DNA of 64,000 bases from Balanoglossus misakiensis. Lineage: Eukaryota > Animalia > Hemichordata. Below the pieces are notes generated by a model, which worked only from the letters and a program-made list of their open reading frames with translations, had not been told where the DNA came from and ran no database searches. Location: contig CM082595.2 in assembly GCA_040954595.2 (NCBI GenBank), positions 8,724,317 through 8,788,316 of the forward strand. Direction: 5' to 3'. The translations under genes were made by a program, and so were the position numbers. Shown here piece after piece: positions 1 through 11,324 of the stretch; within the stretch, counting starts at the first letter, position 1; each line of letters begins with the position of its first letter.

Positions 1-280
1 ACTTTGCAAAAGCTCAAAATTTCGTCCATTTTTGAAAAAAAATCATGGGTGAAAATCATCAAAAAATGACAAATTTTCGACTTTGCAAAATCTCAAAATT
101 TCATCAATTTTTGAAAAAATCATGGGTGAAAATCATCAAAAAATGACAAAATTTTCAACTTTGCAAAATCTCAAAATTTCGTCGATTTTTGAAAAAAAAT
201 AATGGTTGAAAATCATCAAAAAATGACAAATTTTCGACTTTGCAAAATCTCAAAATTTCGTCGATTTTGAAAAAAATCAT

Positions 281-308
281 GGGTTCGTCGATTTTTTAAA
301 AACAACAT
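281..308 (+). repeat. 28-bp truncated monomer (first example; recurs throughout, also as a 29-30 bp AGGTTCGTCGAT(n)A(n)CAT/CCT form)
   Basis: GGGTTCGTCGATTTTTTAAAAACAACAT equals monomer positions 1-4 joined to 55-78 (50 bp missing). It usually follows a 77-bp monomer, giving a 105-bp compound unit. Confidence 0.93.
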
Positions 309-3300
309 TGGTGAAAATCATCAAAAAATGACAAATTTTCGACTTTGCAAAATCTCAAAATTTCGTCGATTTTTGAAAAAAATCATGGGTGAAAATCATC
401 AAAAAATGACAAATTTTCGACTTTGCAAAATCTCAAAATTTCGTCGATTTTTGAAAAAAATCATGGGTGAAAATCATCAAAAAATGAAAAATTTTCGACT
501 TCGCAAAATCTCAAAATTTTGTCTTTTTTTGAAAAAAATCATAGGTGAAAATTATCAAAAAATGACAAATTTTCGACTTTGCAAAATCTCAAAATTTCGT
601 CGATTTTTGAAAAAAAATAATGGTTGAAAATCATCAAAAAATGACAAATTTTCGACTTTGCAAAATCTCAAAATTTCGTCGATTTTGAAAAAAATCATGG
701 GTTCGTCGATTTTTTAAAAACAACATTGGTGAAAATCATCAAAAAATGACAAATTTTCGACTTTGCAAAATCTCAAAATTTCGTCGATTTTTGAAAAAAA
801 TCATGGGTGAAAATCATCAAAAAATGACAAATTTTCGACTTTGCAAAATCTCAACATTTCGTCGATTTTTGAAAAAAATCATAGGTGAAAATCATCAAAA
901 AATGAAAAATTTTCGACTTTGCAAAAGCTCAAAATTTCGTCCATTTTTGAAAAAAAATCATGGGTGAAAATCAACAAAAAATGACAAATTTTCGACTTTG
1001 CAAAATCTCAAAATTTTATCAATTTTTGAAAAAATCATGGGTGAAAATCATCAAAAAATGATAAAATTTTCAACTTTGCAAAATCTCAAAATTTCGTCGA
1101 TTTTTGAAAAAAAATCATGGTTGAAAATCATCAAAAAATGACAACATTTTCGAGTTTGCAAAATCACACAATTTCGTCGATTTTGAAAAAAATCATAGGT
1201 TCGTCGATTTTTTTAAAAAAAACATGGGTGAAAATCATCAAAAAATGACAGATTTTCGACTTTGCAAAATCTCAAAATTTCGTCGATTTTTTAAAAAAAT
1301 CATGGGTGAAAATCATCAAAAAATGACAAATTTTCGACTTTGCAAAATCTCAAAATTTCGTCAATTTTTGAAAAAATCATGGGTGAAAATCATCAAAATT
1401 GACAAAATTTTCGACTTTGCAAAATCTCAAAATTTCGTCGATTTTGAAAAAAATCATGGGTTCGTCGATTTTTTAAAGACAACATTGGTGAAAATCATCA
1501 AAAAATGACAAATTTTCGACTTTGCAAAATCTCAAAATTTTGTCTTTTTTTGAAAAAAATCATGGGTTCGTCGATTTTTTAAAAACAACATTGGTGAAAA
1601 TCATCAAAAAATGACAAATTTTCGACTTTGCAAAATCTTAAAATTTTGTCTTTTTTTGAAAAAAATCATAGGTGAAAATTATCAAAAAATTACAAATTTT
1701 CGACTTTGCAAAATCTCAAAATTTCGTCGATTTTGAAAAAAATCATGGGTTCGTCGATTTTTTAAAAACAACATTGGTGAAAATCATCAAAAAATGACAA
1801 ATTTTCGACTTTGCAAAATCTCAACATTTCGTCGATTTTTGAAAAAAATCATAGGTGAAAATCATCAAAAAATGACAAATTTTCGACTTTGCAAAATCTC
1901 AAAATTTCGTCAATTTTGAAAAAAATCATGGGTGAAAATCATCAAAAAATGACAAATTTTCGACTTTGCAAAATCTCAAAATTTCGTCGATTTTTGAAAA
2001 AAATCATGGGTGAAAATCATCAAAAAATGAAAAATTTTCGAGTTCGCAAAATCTCAAAATTTTGTCTTTTTTTGAAAAAAATCATAGGTGAAAATTATCA
2101 AAAAATGACAAATTTTCGACTTTGCAAAATCTCAAAATTTCGTCGATTTTTGAAAAAAAATCATGGGTGAAAATCATCAAAAAATGACAAATTTTCGACT
2201 TTGCAAAATCTCAAAATTTCGTCAATTTTGAAAAAAATCATGGGTGAAAATCATCAAAAAATGACAAATTTTCGACTTTGCAAAATCTCAAAATTTCGTC
2301 GATTTTTGAAAAAAATCATGGGTGAAAATCATCAAAAAATGAAAAATTTTCGACTTCGCAAAATCTCAAAATTTTGTCTTTTTTTGAAAAAAATCATAGG
2401 TGAAAATTATCAAAAAATGACAAATTTTCGACTTTGCAAAAGCTCAAAATTTCGTCCATTTTTGAAAAAAAATCATGGGTGAAAATCATCAAAAAATGAC
2501 AAATTTTCGACTTTGCAAAATCTCAAAATTTCATCAATTTTTGAAAAAATCATGGGTGAAAATCATCAAAAAATGACAAAATTTTCAACTTTGCAAAATC
2601 TCAAAATTTCGTCGATTTTTGAAAAAAAATAATGGTTGAAAATCATCAAAAAATGACAAATTTTCGACTTTGCAAAATCTCAAAATTTCGTCGATTATGA
2701 AAAAAATCATGGGTTCGTCGATTTTTTAAAAACAACATTGGTGAAAATCATCAAAAAATGACAAATTTTCGACTTTGCAAAATCTCAAAATTTCGTCGAT
2801 TTTTGAAAAAAATCATGGGTGAAAATCATCAAAAAATGACAAATTTTCGACTTTGCAAAATCTCAAAATTTCGTCGATTTTTGAAAAAAATCATGGGTGA
2901 AAATCATCAAAAAATGAAAAATTTTCGACTTCGCAAAATCTCAAAATTTTGTCTTTTTTTGAAAAAAATCATAGGTGAAAATTATCAAAAAATGACAAAT
3001 TTTCGACTTTGCAAAATCTCAAAATTTCGTCGATTTTTGAAAAAAAATCATGGGTGAAAATCATCAAAAAATGACAAATTTTCGACTTTGCAAAATCTCA
3101 AAATTTCGTCAATTTTGAAAAAAATCATGGGTGAAAATCATCAAAAAATGACAAATTTTCGACTTTGCAAAATCTCAAAATTTCGTCGATTTTTGAAAAA
3201 AATCATGGGTGAAAATCATCAAAAAATGAAAAATTTTCGACTTCGCAAAATCTCAAAATTTTGTCTTTTTTGAAAAAAATCATAGGTGAAAATTATCAAA

Positions 3301-6300
3301 AAATGACAAATTTTCGACTTTGCAAAAGCTCAAAATTTCGTCCATTTTTGAAAAAAAATCATGGGTGAAAATCATCAAAAAATGACAAATTTTCGACTTT
3401 GCAAAATCTCAAAATTTCATCAATTTTTGAAAAAATCATGGGTGAAAATCATCAAAAAATGACAAAATTTTCAACTTTGCAAAATCTCAAAATTTCGTCG
3501 ATTTTTGAAAAAAAATAATGGTTGAAAATCATCAAAAAATGACAAATTTTCGACTTTGCAAAATCTCAAAATTTCGTCGATTTTGAAAAAAATCATGGGT
3601 TCGTCGATTTTTTAAAAACAACATTGGTGAAAATCATCAAAAAATGACAAATTTTCGACTTTGCAAAATCTCAAAATTTCGTCGATTTTTGAAAAAAATC
3701 ATGGGTGAAAATCATCAAAAAATGACAAATTTTCGACTTTGCAAAATCTCAAAATTTCGTCGATTTTTGAAAAAAATCATGGGTGAAAATCATCAAAAAA
3801 TGAAAAATTTTCGACTTCGCAAAATCTCAAAATTTTGTCTTTTTTTGAAAAAAATCATAGGTGAAAATTATCAAAAAATGACAAATTTTCGACTTTGCAA
3901 AATCTCAAAATTTCGTCGATTTTTGAAAAAAAATAATGGTTGAAAATCATCAAAAAATGACAAATTTTCGACTTTGCAAAATCTCAAAATTTCGTCGATT
4001 TTGAAAAAAATCATGGGTTCGTCGATTTTTTAAAAACAACATTGGTGAAAATCATCAAAAAATGACAAATTTTCGACTTTGCAAAATCTCAAAATTTCGT
4101 CGATTTTTGAAAAAAATCATGGGTGAAAATCATCAAAAAATGACAAATTTTCGACTTTGCAAAATCTCAAAATTTCGTCGATTTTTGAAAAAAAATAATG
4201 GTTGAAAATCATCAAAAAATGACAAATTTTCGACTTTGCAAAATCTCAAAATTTCGTCGATTTTGAAAAAAATCATGGGTTCGTCGATTTTTTAAAAACA
4301 ACATTGGTGAAAATCATCAAAAAATGACAAATTTTCGACTTTGCAAAAGCTCAAAATTTCGTCCATTTTTGAAAAAAAATCATGGGTGAAAATCATCAAA
4401 AAATGACAAATTTTCGACTTTGCAAAATCTCAAAATTTCGTCGATTTTTGAAAAAAAATAATGGTTGAAAATCATCAAAAAATGACAAATTTTCGACTTT
4501 GCAAAATCTCAAAATTTCGTCGATTTTGAAAAAAATCATGGGTTCGTCGATTTTTTAAAAACAACATTGGTGAAAATCATCAAAAAATGACAAATTTTCG
4601 ACTTTGCAAAAGCTCAAAATTTCGTCCATTTTTGAAAAAAAATCATGGGTGAAAATCATCAAAAAATGACAAATTTTCGACTTTGCAAAATCTCAAAATT
4701 TCATCAATTTTTTAAAAAATCATGGGTGAAAATCATCAAAAAATGACAAAATTTTCGAGTTTGCAAAATCACACAATTTCGTCGATTTTTGAAAAAAAAT
4801 CATGGTTGAAAATCATCAAAAAATGACAAAATTTTCGAGTTTGCAAAATCACACAATTTCGTCGATTTTGAAAAAAATCATAGGTTCGTCGATTTTTTTA
4901 AAAAAAACATGGGTGAAAATCATCAAAAAATGACAGATTTTCGACTTTGCAAAATCTCAAAATTTCGTCGATTTTTGAAAAAAATCATGGGTGAAAATCA
5001 TCAAAAAATGACAAATTTTCGACTTTGCAAAATCTCAAAATTTCGTCAATTTTTGAAAAAATCATGGGTGAAAATCATCAAAAAATGACAAAATTTTCGA
5101 CTTTGCAAAATCTCAAAATTTCGTCGATTTTGAAAAAAATCATGGGTTCGTCGATTTTTTAAAAACAACATTGGTGAAAATCATCAAAAAATGACAAATT
5201 TTCGACTTTGCAAAATCTCAAAATTTCGTCGATTTTTGAAAAAAATCATGGGTGAAAATCATCAAAAAATGAAAAATTTTCGAGTTCGCAAAATCTCAAA
5301 ATTTTGTCTTTTTTTGAAAAAAATCATAGGTGAAAATTATCAAAAAATGACAAATTTTCGACTTTGCAAAATCTCAAAATTTCGTCGATTTTTGAAAAAA
5401 AATCATGGGTGAAAATCATCAAAAAATGACAAATTTTCGACTTTGCAAAATCTCAAAATTTCGTCAATTTTGAAAAAAATCATGGGTGAAAATCATCAAA
5501 AAATGACAAATTTTCGACTTTGCAAAATCTCAAAATTTCGTCGATTTTTGAAAAAAATCATGGGTGAAAATCATCAAAAAATGAAAAATTTTCGACTTCG
5601 CAAAATCTCAAAATTTTGTCTTTTTTTGAAAAAAATCATAGGTGAAAATTATCAAAAAATGACAAATTTTCGACTTTGCAAAAGCTCAAAATTTCGTCCA
5701 TTTTTGAAAAAAAATCATGGGTGAAAATCATCAAAAAATGACAAATTTTCGACTTTGCAAAATCTCAAAATTTCATCAATTTTTGCAAAAATCATGGGTG
5801 AAAATCATCAAAAAATGACAAAATTTTCAACTTTGCAAAATCTCAAAATTTCGTCGATTTTTGAAAAAAAATAATGGTTGAAAATCATCAAAAAATGACA
5901 AATTTTCGACTTTGCAAAATCTCAAAATTTCGTCGATTTTGAAAAAAATCATGGGTTCGTCGATTTTTTAAAAACAACATTGGTGAAAATCATCAAAAAA
6001 TGACAAATTTTCGACTTTGCAAAATCTCAAAATTTCGTCGATTTTTGAAAAAAATCATGGGTGAAAATCATCAAAAAATGACAAATTTTCGACTTTGCAA
6101 AATCTCAAAATTTCGTCGATTTTTGAAAAAAATCATGGGTGAAAATCATCAAAAAATGAAAAATTTTCGACTTCGCAAAATCTCAAAATTTTGTCTTTTT
6201 TTGAAAAAAATCATAGGTGAAAATTATCAAAAAATGACAAATTTTCGACTTTGCAAAATCTCAAAATTTCGTCGATTTTTGAAAAAAAATAATGGTTGAA

Positions 6301-7249
6301 AATCATCAAAAAATGACAAATTTTCGACTTTGCAAAATCTCAAAATTTCGTCGATTTTGAAAAAAATCATGGGTTCGTCGATTTTTTAAAAACAACATTG
6401 GTGAAAATCATCAAAAAATGACAAATTTTCGACTTTGCAAAATCTCAAAATTTCGTCGATTTTTGAAAAAAATCATGGGTGAAAATCATCAAAAAATGAC
6501 AAATTTTCGACTTTGCAAAATCTCAAAATTTCGTCGATTTTTGAAAAAAAATAATGGTTGAAAATCATCAAAAAATGACAAATTTTCGACTTTGCAAAAT
6601 CTCAAAATTTCGTCGATTTTGAAAAAAATCATGGGTTCGTCGATTTTTTAAAAACAACATTGGTGAAAATCATCAAAAAATGACAAATTTTCGAGTTTGC
6701 AAAATCACACAATTTCGTCGATTTTTGAAAAAAAATCATGGTTGAAAATCATCAAAAAATGACAAAATTTTCGAGTTTGCAAAATCACACAATTTCGTCG
6801 ATTTTGAAAAAAATCATAGGTTCGTCGATTTTTTTAAAAAAAACATGGGTGAAAATCATCAAAAAATGACAGATTTTCGACTTTGCAAAGGTTCGTCGAT
6901 TTTTTTAAAAAAAACATGGGTGAAAATCATCAAAAAATGACAAATTTTCGACTTTGCAAAATCTCAAAATTTCGTCGATTGTTGAAAAAAATCATGGGGG
7001 AAAATCATCAAAAAATGACAAATTTTCGACTTTGCAAAATCTCAAAATTTCGTCGATTTTTGAAAAAAAATCATGGAGGAAAATCATTAAAAAATGACAA
7101 ATTTACGACTGCAAAATCTCAAAATTTCGTCGATTTTGTGAAAAAAAATCATGGGTGAAAATCATCAAAAAATGACAAATTTTCGACTTTGCAAAATCTC
7201 AAAATTTCGTCGATTTTTGAAAAAAATCATGAGTGAAAATCATCAAAAA

Positions 7250-8650
7250 ATGACAAATTTTCGACTTTGCAAAATCTCAAAATTTCGTCGATTTTGAAAA
7301 AAATCATGGGTTCGTCGATTTTTTAAAAACAACATTGGTGAAAATCATCAAAAAATGACAAATTTTCGACTTTGCAAAATCTCAAAATTTCGTTAATTTT
7401 TAAAAAAAAATCATGGATGAAAATCATCAAAAAATGACAAATTTTCGACTTTGCAAAATCTCAAAATTTCGTCGATTTTTGAAAAAAATCATGGGTGAAA
7501 ATCATCAAAAAATGACAAATTTTCGACTTTGCAAAATCTCAACATTTCGTCGATTTTTGAAAAAAATAATGGTTGAAAATCATCAAAAAATGACAAATTT
7601 TCGACTTTGCAAAATCTCAAAATTTCATCAATTTTTGAAAAAATCATGGGTGAAAATCATCAAAAAATGACAAAATTTTCAACTTTGCAAAATCTCATAA
7701 TTTCGTCGATTTTTGAAAAAAAATCATGGTTGAAAATCATCAAAAAATGACAAATTTTCGACTTTGCAAAATCTCAAAATTTCGTCGATTATGAAAAAAA
7801 TCATGGGTTCGTCGATTTTTTAAAAACAACATTGGTGAAAATCATCAAAAAATGACAAATTTTCGACTTTGCAAAATCTCAAAATTTCGTCAATTTTTAA
7901 AAAAAAATCATGGATGAAAATCATCAAAAAATGAAAAATTTTCGACTTTGCAAAATCTCAAAATTTCGTCGATTTTGAAAAAAATCATGGGTTCGTCGAT
8001 TTTTTAAAAACAACATTGGTGAAAATCATCAAAAAATGACAAATTTTCGACTTTGCAAAATCTCAAAATTTCGTTAATTTTTAAAAAAAAATCATGGATG
8101 AAAATCATCAAAAAATGACAAATTTTCGACTTTGCAAAATCTCAAAATTTCGTCGATTTTTGAAAAAAATCATGGGTGAAAATCATCAAAAAATGACAAA
8201 TTTTCGACTTTGCAAAATCTCAACATTTCGTCGATTTTTGAAAAAAATAATGGTTGAAAATCATCAAAAAATGACAAATTTTCGACTTTGCAAAATCTCA
8301 AAATTTCATCAATTTTTGAAAAAATCATGGGTGAAAATCATCAAAAAATGACAAAATTTTCAACTTTGCAAAATCTCTTAATTTCGTCGATTTTTGAAAA
8401 AAAATCATGGTTGAAAATCATCAAAAAATGACAAATTTTCGACTTTGCAAAATCTCAAAATTTCGTCGATTATGAAAAAAATCATGGGTTCGTCGATTTT
8501 TTAAAAACAACATTGGTGAAAATCATCAAAAAATGACAAATTTTCGACTTTGCAAAATCTCAAAATTTCGTCAATTTTTAAAAAAAAATCATGGATGAAA
8601 ATCATCAAAAAATGAAAAATTTTCGACTTTGCAAAATCTCAAAATTTCGT
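7250..8650 (+). repeat. Tandem duplication, ~681-bp unit x2
   Basis: Identical ORFs at 7413 and 8094. Shared rare variants CGTTAATTTTTAAAA and GATTATGAAA. Confidence 0.8.
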
Positions 8651-11284
8651 CGATTTTTGAAAAAAATCATAGGTGAAAATCATCAAAAAATGACAAATTT
8701 TCGACTTTGCAAAAGCTCAAAATTTCGTCCATTTTTGAAAAAAAATCATGGGTGAAAATCATCAAAAAATGACAAAATTTTCAACTTTGCAAAATCTCAA
8801 AATTTCGTCGATTTTTGAAAAAAATCATGGTTGAAAATGTTCAAAAAATGACAAAATTTTCGAGTTTGCAAAATCACACAATTTCGTCGATTTTGAAAAA
8901 AATCATAGGTTCGTCGATTTTTTTAAAAAAAACATGGGTGAAAATCATCAAAAAATGACAAATTTTCGACTTTGCAAAATCTCAAAATTTCGTCGATTTT
9001 TGAAAAAAATCATGGGGGAAAATCATCAAAAAATGACAAATTTTCGACTTTGCAAAATCTCAAAATTCCGTCGATTTTTGAAAAAAAATCATGGAGGAAA
9101 ATCATTAAAAAATGACAAATTTACGACTGCAAAATCTCAAAATTTCGTCGATTTTGTGAAAAAAAATCATGGGTGAAAATCATCAAAAAATGACAAATTT
9201 TCGACTTTGCAAAATCTCAAAATTTCGTCGATTTTTGAAAAAAATCATGAGTGAAAATCATCAAAAAATGACAAATTTTCGACTTTGCAAAATCTCAAAA
9301 TTTCGTCGATTTTGAAAAAAATCATGGGTTCGTCGATTTTTTAAAAACAACATTGGTGAAAATCATCAAAAAATGACAAATTTTCGACTTTGCAAAATCT
9401 CAAAATTTCATCAATTTTTGAAAAAATCATGGGTGAAAATCATCAAAAAATGACAAAATTTTCAACTTTGCAAAATCTCATAATTTCGTCAACTTTTGAA
9501 AAAAAATCATGGTTGAAAATCATCAAAAAATGACAAATTTTCGACTTTGCAAAATCTCAACATTTCGTCGATTTTTGAAAAAAATCATAGGTGAAAATCA
9601 TCAAAAAATGACAAATTTTCGACTTTGCAAAAGCTCAAAATTTCGTCCATTTTTGAAAAAAAATCATGGGTGAAAATCATCAAAAAATGACAAATTTTCG
9701 ACTTTGCAAAATCTCAACATTTCGTCGATTTTTGAAAAAAATTATGGGTGAAAATCATCAAAAAATGACAAATTTTCGTCTTTGCAAAATCTCAAATTTT
9801 CGTCGATTTTTGAAAAAAAATCATGGTTGAAAATCATCAAAAAATGACAAAATTTTCGACTTTGTAAAATCACAAAATTTCGTCTATTTTGAAAAAAATC
9901 ATGGATGAAAATCATCAAAAAATGACAAATTTTCGTCTTTGCAAAATCTCAAATTTTCGTCGATTTTTGAAAAAAAATCATGGGTGAAAATCATCAAAAA
10001 ATGAAAAATTTTCGACTTTGCAAAATCTCAAAATTTCGTCAATTTTTGAAAAAATCATGGGTGAAAATCATCAAAAAATGACAAATTTTTGACTGCAAAA
10101 TCTCAAAATTTCGTTGATTTTTGAAAAAAATAATGGTTGAAAATCATCAAAAAATGACAAATTTTCGACTGCATAATCTCATAATTTCGTCGATTTTGAA
10201 AAAAATCATAGGTTCGTCGATTTTTAAAAAAAAAACCTGGGTGAAAATCATCAAAAAATGACAAATTTTTTACTTTGCAAAATCTCACAATTTCGTCAAT
10301 TTTTGAAAAAAATCATGGGTGAAAATCATCAAAAAATGTCAAATTTTTCGACTTTGCAAAATCTCAAAATTTCGTCGATTTTGAAAAAAATCATGGGTTC
10401 GTCGATTTTTTAAAAACAACATTGGTGAATATCATCAAAAACTGACAAATTTTTGACTTTGCAAAATCTCACAATTTCGTCGATTTTTGAAAAAAATCAT
10501 GGTTGAAAATCATCAAAAAATGACAAATTTTCGACTTTGCAAAATCTCAAAATTTCGTCAATTTTGGAAAAAATCATGGGTTCGTCGATTTTTTTAAAAA
10601 CAACATTGGTGAAAATCATCAAAAAATGACAAATTTTTGACTTCGCAAAATCTCACAATTTCGTCGATTTTTGAAAAAAATAATGGTTGAAAATCATCAA
10701 AAAATGACATATTTTCGACTTTGCAAAATCTCAAAATTTCGTCAATTTTTGAAAAAATCATGGGTGAAAATCATCAAAAAATGACACATTTTCGACTTTG
10801 CAAAATCTCAAAATTTCGTCCATTTTTGAAAAAATCATGGGTGAAAATCATCAAAAAATGACAAAAATTTTCGACTTTGCAAAATCTCAAAATTTCGTCG
10901 ATTTTGAAAAAAATCATAGGTTCGTCAATTTTTTAAAAAAAAACATGGGTGAAAATCATCAAAAAATGACAAATTTTTGACTTTGCAAAATCTCACAATT
11001 TCGTCGATTTTTGAAAAAAATCGTGGGTGAAAATCATCAAAAAATGACAAATTTTCGACTTTGCAAAATCTCAAAATTTCGTCAATTTTTGAAAAAAATC
11101 ATGGGTTCGTCGATTTTTTAAAAAGAACATTGGTGAAAATCATCAAAAAAGACAAATTTTTGACATTGCAAAATCTCACAATTTCGTCGATTTTTGAAAA
11201 AAATAATGGTTGAAAATCATCAAAAAATGACAAATTTTCGACTTTGCAAAATCTCAAAATTTCGTCAATTTTTGAAAAAATCAT

Positions 11285-11324
11285 GGGTGAAAATCATCAA
11301 AAAATGACAAATTTTGAAAAAAAC
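11285..11324 (+). repeat. 40-bp truncated monomer (first example; recurrent only in sub-family B regions)
   Basis: GGGTGAAAATCATCAAAAAATGACAAATTTTGAAAAAAAC equals the monomer with positions ~32-66 removed and TCAT changed to C. Another copy spans 12912-12951. It usually pairs with a 77-bp monomer as a 117-bp module. Confidence 0.93.

Larger units (their letters stand above)
1..10000 (+). repeat. Satellite sub-domain A (no 40-bp units)
   Basis: Carries markers CGAGTTTGCAAAATCACACAATTT, GACAGATTTT and frequent TTTCATCAATTT. No AAACGGG unit is seen before 11.3 kb. The right boundary is gradual (~9.7-11.3 kb). Confidence 0.75.

Noticed and set aside
363-379. Canonical CENP-B box in the 78-bp consensus (TTCGTCG...)
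   Set aside because: TTCG is present, but the downstream A and CGGG at the required spacing are not. Only the 40-bp derivative approaches the motif.
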